DNA of 58,208 nucleotides from a virus (Duplodnaviria; Caudoviricetes): IMG/VR virus record IMGVR_UViG_3300036945_000096, positions 1 to 58,208 of that record; one strand, 5' to 3'. Shown piece by piece: positions 21,701 to 31,073 of this stretch (position 1 is its first letter; each line of letters starts with the position of its first letter). The notes under the pieces were generated by a model. It saw only the letters and a program-made list of their open reading frames with translations, ran no database searches and was not told where the DNA came from. The position numbers and the translations under genes were made by a program.

Positions 21701-24222
21701 TGGAAGAAGAAGTTATTCGACTTAAAGTGCCGGGTAATAAGATATTCACCAGCACTGGTGATAAGATTGTTGATGCTGATGCTCGTAAGATTATGGCTCC
21801 TCTTGTTGTTGAGCAGTTTGACAACTTGAAGAAGACTAGCTTCTATGAAGAAGGAAGTAAAGACTTACAGAAGATTGCTCTACAAAACCTAATAAACTGG
21901 GCGCAGAGTACATCTAAGGAATTAGCATCAGACAAAGCAACTGCTGCTGCTTTTGCTGAAGGCAAGCAACCACGTTTGTTTGAGGTTCAATATTCTAAAC
22001 TGGCTCCTGAGCTTAAGCGTGTTGTTGTTGATACATACAAACAACAGCAAGGCAAAGACTTGGATGTTACTAAGGACTATGCCACTGCCTTGGCTATTGC
22101 AGAAGCAATGAAGGGATTGCCCGGATATGCTGTAGGTGGTGATGTAAGAGAACTAGGTAAGTCTTCTTTGTATGAAAAGCAAATGAAGAAACTAACAGCT
22201 TCTAAATTAAAGGTTATCAGCGGTGAATTTAGAGAAGCGTATGGTAGACCTTTTAATCCAGACACTGACTACAAAGAAGCGGTTAAATTAGCTACAGATG
22301 TAGGACTACTCGGCACTGGCTATGCTCTGGGAGGTATTGTTAAGATGAATCCCGGTGGCTTCTTAGCTAAGAAGCTTGTAGGTGAGGCAGCAGAGACTGC
22401 CATTAAGAAAGGTGCTTTGTCTTTAACAGACATTGTTTCTAAGCACAGCATCTCTCCAGCAGTGGAGCAAACTACACAGGCTTTGATTAAACCTACTGGT
22501 AAAGAAGGTGCTGCATCTGCTATGGCTAAGATACCATACGATAAGAACAAGTATGCTACTCCTGTGTCTAAGCCAGTAGAAGATATTCCTATGGATGTAG
22601 AAGGGGCTAATAAACTAGCTGACCTTGAAGCAGCACAGAAGCCAGCAGCATTAGATGCTGACATGGAAAAGATAGTTGATGAAGCAGAGGCTTCATTTAC
22701 ACCAGCAACTAAAGAAGATGATTTCTGGAATGCTGAGCCAACAAATCCTAAAGCTACTCCTGCTAAAGATCCAGAGTTTGAAATTAAAGAAGTTGAATAT
22801 GATGAAGAAGGTTATCCTATTGAACCCGGAAGCACACCAACGCCACCTACTAAATCATTAGCACAAAAAAGAGTAACCATTTCAAAGATACCTGAAGGTA
22901 ACTTAAATGCACAAGTAGGTAATGGTATAAGCAGTACTGAAACTAGAAAAGGTATGCTTGCTAAGATAAGAACGGATAGACAAGATGCTTTTGATTCTTT
23001 AATTACTATGCCTGAAGTTTCTAAACTCCCCGATGCAGAAGATGTTATGGCTGTAGTGCAGGGCGACTTCAGATACACAACTGGAAGAGAAATTAATTTA
23101 AATAGTGCAGAAGATATGCAGAAAGCTGCTGAGATGGCTAAGCAATATCAAGGTAGACTCAATAAGCTTAGAGAAGAATATAAAGATGTTCCTCCTATTA
23201 AACTATTTCATGGAAGATCTTCATATAAAGAAGGACCATCTTTAAGATGGAAGACTGGCTTTGATGATCCTCAGTTTCATGGTAATGCTCACAGTGAATT
23301 ACATGTGGGTGGCACATCCTTCACTAGAGATATTAATTTAAACTTTGAAAGCGAAGCCTTTGGTGGAACTAACCCAGAGAAACTTGTTTATACAAAGATA
23401 CCCTATGCTGACTACATGTTCAGCAGGGTTCCTATGTCCAGCAAACAATATGGCCTTGAAGACTTTAACATCATTGCCAGATCAATCAATGGATCTGAAA
23501 GGGTAGTTAGACCTGTTTCTCTTTCTCGTTCTGGCAGCTTTAAAGAAGCAGAGGATATGATTACTGAGACAGATAAACTAAGGCCACAAGGTAAGGCAAC
23601 AGGCAGACAGCTTGAAGTGTTATCTGCTGCTGAAGAAGCTAAGAAAGCTTTGAAGGGTGTTCCTTTAGTTGAAGAAGGAAAGACCCCCATGTTCGCTAAA
23701 GGAAGAACACAAAGCGTAGGCTTCACTGAGAGAACAGATAAAAATAAAAAGATAGCTCTTAATTTATTTGAAGCAAATAGTGTCTTTACTAACGCAAAGA
23801 CAACAGAGAAAGAGCGTATCATTGCTGCTAATCGAGCATATAAAAATATTAAAGATTACTTTAATAATGCTTTAGAGTATGGCTCTATTACCTCAACTAA
23901 AGAAGGTACTGGTCAGCGTTACCACAATTTCTTAAGAGATGTATCAGAAGTTATTCAGGCTGAAGACTATCCAAAAACTGTTGCTAGTGGTAACTTAGCA
24001 GGTCAGAGAAGAAGAGTTTATACTGGAAAACTTCTAGAGAATACAGCAGAAGTTTTGAAAGCTAACGGATCAATCGAAAAAGCTAAACTATTAACAGACC
24101 TTAATAATGAACTAGGTAAGTTTAAGTATGGTAATGATTTGAAGAAACAAATTAATGCTGTTGATAATGTCCGAAACCTTACTAGGAAATTCAATAAAGG
24201 TGGCTTAGCCAGTCGTAAGTAA
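18715..24222 (+). CDS. Large internal virion/ejection protein with C-terminal ADP-ribosyltransferase-like region
   Basis: 1835 aa, last late gene; LFHG...GF...SFT...ExE at about 23190-23570; four phi-[AN]-x-GG motifs. Confidence 0.7.
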   Translation: MANEFDLFTSAPTGASVSPVQDEFSSFVTPTTPPPKKDEFSSFAATASAPVSEKPAEDLTNPAFIAPRQRATKLVERAATIKEEEAKKIPFDDLWKDNNNYKVIQEYALARFGQQEGTPRKGETKQDFVNRFATHMRMLDTGNEFNSVGELQYLNNAKREDILKAGAAYDLFKNTAGVFDEQNRGQKGFRPVMDVLSSIISSPSTALTLGVGKVATSGLTKLIAEKGTKAALTSAKGVGMATATPAVSAATTAAQDAVAQKIELNVTQAEFDQAKKIDPKTLTEEGQKQLQAYIDDRQKKLEEGVSGKRLALAGAIGAVTETAEVLPFLRGVGRKAGTSQLDEILKTRRAPATGETPAPKVEVTAKDPTEKALEDSYDIFEGRRLLDEQGQPTSVAQMEVRNDLNKRATLIAQDIWKQIPEFAPQATEKVSDAIKRTLESVDTFDDVVFERALASADVTPDEFAKMFRTSVGDAARSLQSLSVVARLQNKLKNIDPAAAAELNKMYGDRSAITSAFTGVRDFGMRLDRELKALMVSQIATTIRNAFSGVSVITFGTAAEAIESTLYRVGKTVGELTTGKPVTGSFTGGIKGIYADSVRSAFYLGQRELSADVTDALLSGTPALYRKMVKTTGEAGPNDLSKAAQIANTFNVAQDAFFRKAMFTSSVEKQLSRVGIDMYDVIAQGKQVPFDVLQNAVNEALTGTFSKMPTKGPMFHAVKFIEELGPIGSTFIPFPRFMANAMEWTYKHMPTGALSGSVDIAAGLTKMAKGEADMGTKQVTMGLENLSKGAVGTAALYAAFKYRQENQDTEWYNIKNPDGSTVDARALFPAAPFLALGDYIVKFQNQRTDEFKTKEFLEAMIGFKAPAGTYSWLGDKFAEAQSNAATGEDTADNKVKTFFGEWVGEYLGRALVPFQQISDIVGAIDRNETLPRDAYQIPAGEEGFTSSAKQQLIKRTPILKQELPVYQPPLRETAAFNDNGPLKMLSGIAIKGVPSVLEEEVIRLKVPGNKIFTSTGDKIVDADARKIMAPLVVEQFDNLKKTSFYEEGSKDLQKIALQNLINWAQSTSKELASDKATAAAFAEGKQPRLFEVQYSKLAPELKRVVVDTYKQQQGKDLDVTKDYATALAIAEAMKGLPGYAVGGDVRELGKSSLYEKQMKKLTASKLKVISGEFREAYGRPFNPDTDYKEAVKLATDVGLLGTGYALGGIVKMNPGGFLAKKLVGEAAETAIKKGALSLTDIVSKHSISPAVEQTTQALIKPTGKEGAASAMAKIPYDKNKYATPVSKPVEDIPMDVEGANKLADLEAAQKPAALDADMEKIVDEAEASFTPATKEDDFWNAEPTNPKATPAKDPEFEIKEVEYDEEGYPIEPGSTPTPPTKSLAQKRVTISKIPEGNLNAQVGNGISSTETRKGMLAKIRTDRQDAFDSLITMPEVSKLPDAEDVMAVVQGDFRYTTGREINLNSAEDMQKAAEMAKQYQGRLNKLREEYKDVPPIKLFHGRSSYKEGPSLRWKTGFDDPQFHGNAHSELHVGGTSFTRDINLNFESEAFGGTNPEKLVYTKIPYADYMFSRVPMSSKQYGLEDFNIIARSINGSERVVRPVSLSRSGSFKEAEDMITETDKLRPQGKATGRQLEVLSAAEEAKKALKGVPLVEEGKTPMFAKGRTQSVGFTERTDKNKKIALNLFEANSVFTNAKTTEKERIIAANRAYKNIKDYFNNALEYGSITSTKEGTGQRYHNFLRDVSEVIQAEDYPKTVASGNLAGQRRRVYTGKLLENTAEVLKANGSIEKAKLLTDLNNELGKFKYGNDLKKQINAVDNVRNLTRKFNKGGLASRK

Positions 24223-24648
24223 TGTAACATAAGAAAGTCTATCAAGAGGAACCTTGTAAAAGAGTTCTCCTTGGTAGACATATTTATTTCTAGACTCTTT
24301 AACTTCTGAAGCTAACACAGCAGCAGCTTCGCAATGAAACAGTGCTGTGCCATCTTTGTTAATTGAGAAGAAGTGTGTAGGCATCTCTTGTGTTAAGAGC
24401 TTCTTCTTCCTAGCAGGTACATTCAAATCTTCATAGGGAAACTCTACAGTTTTCCATGACAGTCTGACTTCTACCTCAGCATATCCCACCAACAAGTCAT
24501 CCTTATATAGATGCAGATCAATCCCATACCTGTCAGGATTATCTCTAGCTTCCATACCCCAAGAAGAAGAGACATAGCTCTTAACTACATCTCTTCCAAA
24601 CTTGTCGTAGGTGTCGTGAAGTTCTTTATCGAACCGCTTGGTAGCCAT
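24205..24648 (-). CDS. PD-(D/E)XK-like nuclease
   Basis: D...ID.......EVE.R pattern. Confidence 0.5.
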   Translation of the reverse strand: MATKRFDKELHDTYDKFGRDVVKSYVSSSWGMEARDNPDRYGIDLHLYKDDLLVGYAEVEVRLSWKTVEFPYEDLNVPARKKKLLTQEMPTHFFSINKDGTALFHCEAAAVLASEVKESRNKYVYQGELFYKVPLDRLSYVTLLTTG

Positions 24649-24817
24649 TGAGTCTTTCAATGTTATCAAAGTAGCCACGATCAAATCCTCGTTGCCACTC
24701 TTTACCTGCCACAGATACTGGATCGTATTGATTCACAATCCATCCGTGCCTGAAAGCTTTATAGCCTTGTTCAAATTGAATACGCAAAGGTGCAGATCGT
24801 TCAGACTTGACTTGCAT
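24626..24817 (-). CDS. Small protein, ribosome-modulation-factor-like motif
   Basis: F.QG..AF..G...N.Y......W.RGF..GY. Confidence 0.35.
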   Translation of the reverse strand: MQVKSERSAPLRIQFEQGYKAFRHGWIVNQYDPVSVAGKEWQRGFDRGYFDNIERLNGYQAVR

Positions 24818-24818
24818 G

Positions 24819-25025
24819 TTATTCCCCTGTAGGTTTGTTGCCTTTAATGAGTTCACCAATCTCTTCAAACTCACCAATATAGATACTAAGAAAAGGCAAC
24901 TTGATTAGTATACCACTATATGAAAACAATTTATCATGTGGTCCACCATCATCAATGATGTGGCAGATGGTTTCATTAAACTCAATATCAAGTCCAATGC
25001 CCTGTCTTAGTTCTACAACGATCAT
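24819..25025 (-). CDS. Hypothetical protein
   Basis: ORF coupled to nrdB. Confidence 0.6.
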   Translation of the reverse strand: MIVVELRQGIGLDIEFNETICHIIDDGGPHDKLFSYSGILIKLPFLSIYIGEFEEIGELIKGNKPTGE

Positions 25026-25981
25026 GCTGCTTTACCCCATACATCGTCCCAAGTACCAGTGGTAGCACCCTTGCTGTAGTCTGTTACACGCTGCTCAAAG
25101 AAGTTGGTATGGCTAACACCAAGCATACCATCCACCCAAGGCAAAGGGTTCTTCTTGATCTTATAGATGCCCTTCATCCCCATAGAGATGAGCCTACGAT
25201 CTGCAATGTAGCGAATGTATTGCTTCACTTCTTCTTTCGTAAGCTTCTCAACCTCGACCATTGAAAAAGCCAGATCCACAAACTGATCCTCCAGACCCAC
25301 CATTTGATCTGCAATTTCCTTGATGCGATCCGAAGTGCTCTCATCTTTGTTGTGCTTAACATATTCACGATACACCTTTATCATGCCTTCAGCATGCTGA
25401 GTTTCGTCCACAATAGACCAAGCAATGATTTGGCCCAACCCTTTAAGCTTACCATTCCTTGCAAAGTTAAGCAACATAACAAAGCTAGAGAACAGTTGCA
25501 TGCCCTCACCGAAGGCAGAGATGGCAGCAATCTTCTCAGCCATTGGTGCTGCACTAAGATTGTTAATGTAGTCATGCTTTTCCACCATCTCCTTGTATTC
25601 AAGGAACTCATTGTAGGTAGACTCAGGCAAGCCCAAGGTTTCAATGAGGTGAGCATAGGCTGCTACATGCAGGGCTTCCCTACCTGCAAAGCCACTCATC
25701 ATCATCCTCACCTCAGGCTGCTTAAACACTGGGATGTAGTGGTCATGGTAACCACTGCCAATGTCTAAGTCACCCTGTACAAAGAAGCGTAAGATCTTTG
25801 TTAGAAACTCTTGCTCATGTTTGCTTAGCTTCTTGTAGTCTTTAACATCCTCAGACATAGGCACTTCTGTATGAAGCCAATGACTCTGCTCATGTTGCAG
25901 CCAAGCATCATAAGCCCAAGGATATTTGAAGGGCTTGAATGTTGTACGCTCTTGCGTAATATCTAATTTAGTTTTTACCAT
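25022..25981 (-). CDS. nrdB: Ribonucleotide reductase class I beta subunit
   Basis: EALH..AY, EG..LFSSF, DE..H di-metal motifs. Confidence 0.96.
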   Translation of the reverse strand: MVKTKLDITQERTTFKPFKYPWAYDAWLQHEQSHWLHTEVPMSEDVKDYKKLSKHEQEFLTKILRFFVQGDLDIGSGYHDHYIPVFKQPEVRMMMSGFAGREALHVAAYAHLIETLGLPESTYNEFLEYKEMVEKHDYINNLSAAPMAEKIAAISAFGEGMQLFSSFVMLLNFARNGKLKGLGQIIAWSIVDETQHAEGMIKVYREYVKHNKDESTSDRIKEIADQMVGLEDQFVDLAFSMVEVEKLTKEEVKQYIRYIADRRLISMGMKGIYKIKKNPLPWVDGMLGVSHTNFFEQRVTDYSKGATTGTWDDVWGKAA

Positions 25982-25982
25982 A

Positions 25983-27764
25983 TCATCCTTCACATGCTAA
26001 ACAAGTTTCACCTTCTGCCACCTGCTTCAAATCAATATCGTCTTCAATACGCTGACGCTTGATCTGAGCACCTACTTTATCTGCCTTACGCACCTTCTCT
26101 GAACGAAGATAGTATAGGCTCTTAAGCCCACTCTTCCAAGCAAGGAAGTGAATGGCATGCAGATATTTAATTGATACATTGGCAGGGAAGAACAGGTTAA
26201 TGCTCTGTCCTTGGTCAATGTATTTCTGTCTGTCTGATGCAAGCTCAACCAACCAACGCTGATCAATCTCCATAGCAGTCTTAAACACTTCCTTCAATTG
26301 ATCAGAGATGTCTAGGTGCTGTACAGATCCTTCGTTGCTGATGATGGATGCCCACACATCGTCATCGTCCATGCCCAGTGAAGCAAGTTGTGCCTTTAAG
26401 AACCTATTCTTATAGACGAACGATCCACTAAGTGTGTCTTGTCTAAATACATTCGCTCTGTACGGCTCGACTGAAGGGCTAGTATTACCCATGATAAGGC
26501 TGCTACTAGCGTTAGGGGCAATAGCAGTATGATGACTAAACCTTCTATTAATATTGCCGTGACCAGCATCGATACAACTACCACGCTGCTGCTCCAAGAC
26601 AGAGTCAGCAAGTAAACACGAAGCATGAATGTGTTTAAAGATTTCATTGTTATAACTCTTAGCCATCACACCATCGATGGCTACACCTTTCTTTTGTAAG
26701 AATGCATGGAAGCCCAGTGCTCCCACTCCAATGCTACGCTCCATCATTGCACTGTACTTAGCCCTAGCAATTGTTGATGGTGCTTTGTCGATGAAGTATT
26801 GCAAGACATTGTCTAGCATTTCCATAACATCCAAGATGAATTGCTTATCATCTTTCCAGTCATCGTAGTATTCTAAGTTGAGGGAAGACAGGCAGCACAC
26901 TGCTGTTCGTTTCTCGTTAGTTGGCAGGAAGATTTCTGTACACAAGTTGCTACCATTAATCTTCAAGCCTTTGTTACTCAACCACTTAGGCATAGCCTTG
27001 TTAGCTGTGTCAATGAACACCAAGTATGGCTCACCTGTTTGCATACGCAGGTCCAGTATTTTCTGCCACAGATATTTAGCAGACACTGTCTCTACCACCT
27101 CACCACTGGCAGGATTCTTAAGCTGAAAGCTATCATCATAGTCAGGATCTTTCATAGCCTTCTCAATGATGGTCATGAATTCATCAGTGATGTTGATGCC
27201 GTGATGTAGGTTTAGTGTGCGTACATTCTGGTCACCTGTAGGCTTACGCATCTCCAAGAACTGGATGATGTCAGGGTGATTAATGTCTAGGTAGGCAGCA
27301 TAGCTACCCCTTCTTGTACGGCCTTGGCGGTAGGCCAAGGAACTGGCATCATAGATTTTGAGGTGGGGCATAACACCAGTAGACTTATCATCACCATTAC
27401 GGATACCAACATGAACCCCGACACCACCACCATACATGGATAGCCAGTTAGTTTCTGATAGGTTATCGACCAAGCCTTCTGCACTATCATCCATATAGTT
27501 AAGGAAGCAGCTAATAGGGAAACCACGCTTAGAGCGACCAAAAGATAGGATAGGCGTAGAGTAGCTAAGCCAGTGCTTACTACTGTAGTCATACAATCGC
27601 TGAGCATGCTCTTGACTTGACGCAAACGATTCCGAAACATAAGCAAATCTTTCTTGAGGACTAGCCTCTTCATCCTTCATGTAACTCTCTCTTAATCTCT
27701 GGATGCCTAGTTCATCGAACAAACTGTCCCGAGACAGGTCAATGTTGACCTTATACTTTGTCAT
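25983..27764 (-). CDS. nrdA: Ribonucleotide reductase class I alpha subunit (no ATP cone)
   Basis: ISC, SNLCTEI, AIAPNASS, DQGQS, LYY and C-terminal CxxC. Confidence 0.96.
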   Translation of the reverse strand: MTKYKVNIDLSRDSLFDELGIQRLRESYMKDEEASPQERFAYVSESFASSQEHAQRLYDYSSKHWLSYSTPILSFGRSKRGFPISCFLNYMDDSAEGLVDNLSETNWLSMYGGGVGVHVGIRNGDDKSTGVMPHLKIYDASSLAYRQGRTRRGSYAAYLDINHPDIIQFLEMRKPTGDQNVRTLNLHHGINITDEFMTIIEKAMKDPDYDDSFQLKNPASGEVVETVSAKYLWQKILDLRMQTGEPYLVFIDTANKAMPKWLSNKGLKINGSNLCTEIFLPTNEKRTAVCCLSSLNLEYYDDWKDDKQFILDVMEMLDNVLQYFIDKAPSTIARAKYSAMMERSIGVGALGFHAFLQKKGVAIDGVMAKSYNNEIFKHIHASCLLADSVLEQQRGSCIDAGHGNINRRFSHHTAIAPNASSSLIMGNTSPSVEPYRANVFRQDTLSGSFVYKNRFLKAQLASLGMDDDDVWASIISNEGSVQHLDISDQLKEVFKTAMEIDQRWLVELASDRQKYIDQGQSINLFFPANVSIKYLHAIHFLAWKSGLKSLYYLRSEKVRKADKVGAQIKRQRIEDDIDLKQVAEGETCLACEG

Positions 27765-27786
27765 ATAAAATACCTTTGTTGTGGTG

Positions 27787-27810
27787 AAAAAAATGGGAGC
27801 AAAAGCTCCC
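27787..27810 (-). terminator. Intrinsic terminator between thyX and nrdA
   Basis: Minus strand GGGAGC-TTTT-GCTCCC-A-T7. Confidence 0.7.
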
Positions 27811-27842
27811 GAAAGGAAAGGTAGTTATACCTCAGTTGACTT

Positions 27843-28466
27843 CTACTTGCTAGGTGCAAATAGAGATGGAAATAAGTTTGTTAGCACTACCTTACATTGG
27901 TCTGCTACATCACGATGTTCTTTCTGTGTTGCTTTGTCACAACGGATATCAACATAGTGCATCCAGCTACGCAGTGTGCCATTCATATACATTCTACTGG
28001 TGGTTAGTCCCTCAGGCAACACCTTTCGTGCCACCTCCTTAGCTATCCCAAGGCTTAATGCAGCCTCATAGGACCGCTTTGCAGCCACCAAAACATCTGT
28101 CTGTAGCTCATCCCATACCGCCATCAATTCTCGGTCCTGAACGGCTATAGAGTTCTGTCTGTTCTTGTTATCCTGCAGCCTCACCTCACTGGTTTCATAG
28201 CGTGAGGAAATGGCATAGCGTTGTGAGAATTCTTGGAAGCTAAAGCTTCGGTGTCGCAATATCTGTCGTGCAATATCACGGGTAGTTTCTATTTCCATGC
28301 ACACATTCACCATCTCAAATGGACTCCAGTGTTTGTTGTCCATCAAATACTTCAGCAGCTTTGGTGCTGTCTCAGGGTTGTCCTGATTCTCTGGGTTGCT
28401 CACCCTCGCCATGTACGCTATCAGATGTTCCGCATTTGGTGTAGCCCATATCAATGTCACCGACAT
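27843..28466 (-). CDS. thyX: Flavin-dependent thymidylate synthase
   Basis: HWSPFE and RHRSFSFQEFSQRY signature. Confidence 0.97.
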   Translation of the reverse strand: MSVTLIWATPNAEHLIAYMARVSNPENQDNPETAPKLLKYLMDNKHWSPFEMVNVCMEIETTRDIARQILRHRSFSFQEFSQRYAISSRYETSEVRLQDNKNRQNSIAVQDRELMAVWDELQTDVLVAAKRSYEAALSLGIAKEVARKVLPEGLTTSRMYMNGTLRSWMHYVDIRCDKATQKEHRDVADQCKVVLTNLFPSLFAPSK

Positions 28467-28605
28467 ATTTCTTCCCTTCTTGAATACCATTCTTGATGGC
28501 TGTCATTATACCTAAGCTTAGTAAGATGTCACGCTCTTCAATTGTTAAATCAAATGAATAGGTGGCACTACCATCCTCATGTTCTTCTAACATTATTACA
28601 TTCAT
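28372..28605 (-). CDS. Hypothetical protein
   Basis: EHEDGSA motif; overlaps thyX start. Confidence 0.5.
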   Translation of the reverse strand: MNVIMLEEHEDGSATYSFDLTIEERDILLSLGIMTAIKNGIQEGKKYVGDIDMGYTKCGTSDSVHGEGEQPRESGQP

Positions 28606-28982
28606 TTCTTTTTCCTTTCTGCTTTCTCTAGCTCTGTCTTCACCTTGTGACAAGGCTTACACATCACTTGTAGGTTTTCTATCTCACAGAAGATACGATC
28701 AATGAACAAGTCCCAACTAACAAAGCCTACCTTAGGATCTACTACTGGCAACACATGATCTACCTGCACATCTGCTGCAACAAAATGCTTCTTACATTTT
28801 GCACACTTGTAATGCATTGCCAACTTGCCTGTCTTCTTGTTAGTCTTCCTACCAACGAAGGCTTCTTTAAGAGCCTTGTACTTAGGAGGCCAACGCCTAG
28901 ACGCAGCACGAAGAGCAGAGGTGACAAAGCTCCTGAACCTAGAGTCAGTCCACTCGCCACCATTTCTTTTCTTATCTACCAA
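28602..28982 (-). CDS. HNH endonuclease
   Basis: CxxC...VDH..P...NLQ..CxxCH..KT. Confidence 0.88.
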   Translation of the reverse strand: MVDKKRNGGEWTDSRFRSFVTSALRAASRRWPPKYKALKEAFVGRKTNKKTGKLAMHYKCAKCKKHFVAADVQVDHVLPVVDPKVGFVSWDLFIDRIFCEIENLQVMCKPCHKVKTELEKAERKKK

Positions 28983-29172
28983 TTGGTGTATCTACTAAAT
29001 GCGACATGTCAGCAGCATCGTAATGCACAAATAAATCCCTAGCTATAGCTAAAGCTTCGTCAATATCTAGAGCAACAAACTCAGAGAGGAACTTGTCGTA
29101 CTCAGATTCAGCTACATGCTCAACAACAAAGCCATTGCTTGCTTCTCTAATGGTTACAGAATTAACTTTCAT
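28972..29172 (-). CDS. Hypothetical protein
   Basis: ORF in tight operon. Confidence 0.6.
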   Translation of the reverse strand: MKVNSVTIREASNGFVVEHVAESEYDKFLSEFVALDIDEALAIARDLFVHYDAADMSHLVDTPIGR

Positions 29173-29345
29173 TCTAGTCCTTCAATATCCACGAAACAAA
29201 AGAGCACTTCCTGTGCATCCATTCGTTCCAACGAAGCAGTTAAGTTTTCAGTGATGGCTTCACTCAGCACTTCTTCATTTAGGTAGACATTGGGTAGGTC
29301 TTGAGGTTTAAAGAAAACCTTTAAGTGGATATCAACAGCAATCAT
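29169..29345 (-). CDS. 58-aa acidic hypothetical (not in ORF track)
   Basis: MIAVDIHLKVFF...EGLE; ATGA-coupled on both sides. Confidence 0.6.
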   Translation of the reverse strand: MIAVDIHLKVFFKPQDLPNVYLNEEVLSEAITENLTASLERMDAQEVLFCFVDIEGLE

Positions 29346-29605
29346 AATCGTTCCAGTCTTTCTTCTACCAGTCTAGCATAGCCAATGATGTCATGCCATG
29401 AGTCATGATACCAAGGATCACCATTAACAATGCGAGAGATTTTGTTACAGATGAGATCAAGGCTTTCCTTCATATCATCATCCATCTCTTTCCACTCAGC
29501 ACCTGATCTAACAACTTCTTTTAAAGCTTGAGAAACTCTAGAGACATCTTCTTTGTAGTTGCCATACCTAACGCCTCGCTGTATTAGTGTGTCATCTACA
29601 TTCAT
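29342..29605 (-). CDS. DUF6378-like nucleotide-metabolism protein
   Basis: RG..YG, KI.RI.NGD....DSW.DI.GYA.L. Confidence 0.75.
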   Translation of the reverse strand: MNVDDTLIQRGVRYGNYKEDVSRVSQALKEVVRSGAEWKEMDDDMKESLDLICNKISRIVNGDPWYHDSWHDIIGYARLVEERLERL

Positions 29606-29940
29606 TGGATGCCTCCAACTGTCTTGGTGTTAATAGTAAAGCCACCATCACTAAAGCTGTCATGATCTGCGTTGTAAAAGAAGTCACCAACATCGGCAAA
29701 CATCTTACCGCAATACTCAACAAGCTTATTAGCAAGCTCTTCATCTTCTTCCATATACTGTACAGTTGCTGCCAATATAGTAGCCATACCAATCAGGTTA
29801 TTCACATCGTCTTCACTGATAGTGAGTGGACCAAAGCCACTGACTAACACCTGAAAGTGTTTTTGATACACCCCATCCACAATAGTAGGACGAAGGATTA
29901 GTGCAATGTCGTTTGGCTTTAAGCTTGTGGAGGAGTCCAT
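29602..29940 (-). CDS. Hypothetical protein
   Basis: ORF in replication operon. Confidence 0.65.
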   Translation of the reverse strand: MDSSTSLKPNDIALILRPTIVDGVYQKHFQVLVSGFGPLTISEDDVNNLIGMATILAATVQYMEEDEELANKLVEYCGKMFADVGDFFYNADHDSFSDGGFTINTKTVGGIQ

Positions 29941-30620
29941 ATCTGTCCTTCATATCTTCGTAGAAAAAGAAGCTGAGCATTTTCTAACACACGCTCAGCA
30001 TCACCCTCGTAAGCTTCCAACACTTTGTTGTATAGCTCAAGTTCATTTGTTGTGTCCCCAATTATCTTGGCTGCTTTCACTGGACCAACACGGAACAATC
30101 CTTTGATGTTATCAGCAGCATCACCAGTAATCATCTGCGTATACAGCTTGACCAGAGCTTCCTCTGGTTTGATGTAGTAGCCTAGATGTTTAACAAAGTT
30201 GTAATGCCATCCAACAATTTGATCTAAGTCTTTGTCTAAAGACACAATGACACAATTGTCACCAAGCTTTGTAGCTTCAATGGCAATGGTGTCATCAGCT
30301 TCTTCACCCTCAGATATAGAAGCACCCCATTCTTTTACTAGATAGTTTCTAAGGAAAGCTAGATGCTTAGGCTTAGGCTTGTCCACCCTGTTACCTTTGT
30401 AGGGTACAGTGGTAGCTATCTGATATCGGAAGTTGTTCTTACCTGTTAGGTGCATGCTCCAACTATCCACGAAGCAATCAGGATAGATGGTATCAACACC
30501 GCACATGAGGACATCAACGATTAAACGCTCTAGTGTTCGCTGAGCTGTTGCTTCGTCTTCGTCCTCACATGCAGATGCTGCTCGATAAGCGAAGATGTCG
30601 CTATCGAACAGGGCTTTCAT
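29919..30620 (-). CDS. 5'-3' exonuclease (T7 gp6/FEN-like)
   Basis: DSD, YKGNR, EADD, SLDKD, GD.ADNI.G...VG. Confidence 0.92.
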   Translation of the reverse strand: MKALFDSDIFAYRAASACEDEDEATAQRTLERLIVDVLMCGVDTIYPDCFVDSWSMHLTGKNNFRYQIATTVPYKGNRVDKPKPKHLAFLRNYLVKEWGASISEGEEADDTIAIEATKLGDNCVIVSLDKDLDQIVGWHYNFVKHLGYYIKPEEALVKLYTQMITGDAADNIKGLFRVGPVKAAKIIGDTTNELELYNKVLEAYEGDAERVLENAQLLFLRRYEGQIWTPPQA

Positions 30621-31040
30621 TTACAGCACATCCTCATCGTCTGCGCTGATGCCGCTTGTTGCAGCATATTCAACCAAGTCAGTGACAACCAGCTTCTTCA
30701 ATGAAGGGCTAACGCCTTTCTTGTTCTTGTATGTCCAAGAATAATAAGACACCAAGGCTTTACCCTTGCTACCATTACCAATGGCTTCAGTGATCTCATC
30801 ATTGTCTGTATCAAAGACACGGATAGGCTTCTCTGATTTGCAAGTGATGTACCTGCCCATGTCAGCCTTCTTCTCTTCACCAGTCTGAACACTGATGCCC
30901 ATCTCTTCCAATGCTTCAACAGCAGCATCAGACAAGTTGCATAAGTTCAACTGAAACTTACCAGACATGTCATTCACTTTGTTGTGCTGACACCAGAACA
31001 AATCAGCCTTCAACTTAATCGCTTTCTTTTCTTCACTCAT
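30621..31040 (-). CDS. ssDNA-binding protein (gp2.5-like)
   Basis: IGNGS motif, acidic C-terminus DDEDVL, next to the polymerase. Confidence 0.75.
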   Translation of the reverse strand: MSEEKKAIKLKADLFWCQHNKVNDMSGKFQLNLCNLSDAAVEALEEMGISVQTGEEKKADMGRYITCKSEKPIRVFDTDNDEITEAIGNGSKGKALVSYYSWTYKNKKGVSPSLKKLVVTDLVEYAATSGISADDEDVL

Positions 31041-31073
31041 AATATTCTCCAATATAAAAACCCACCTCTATCG

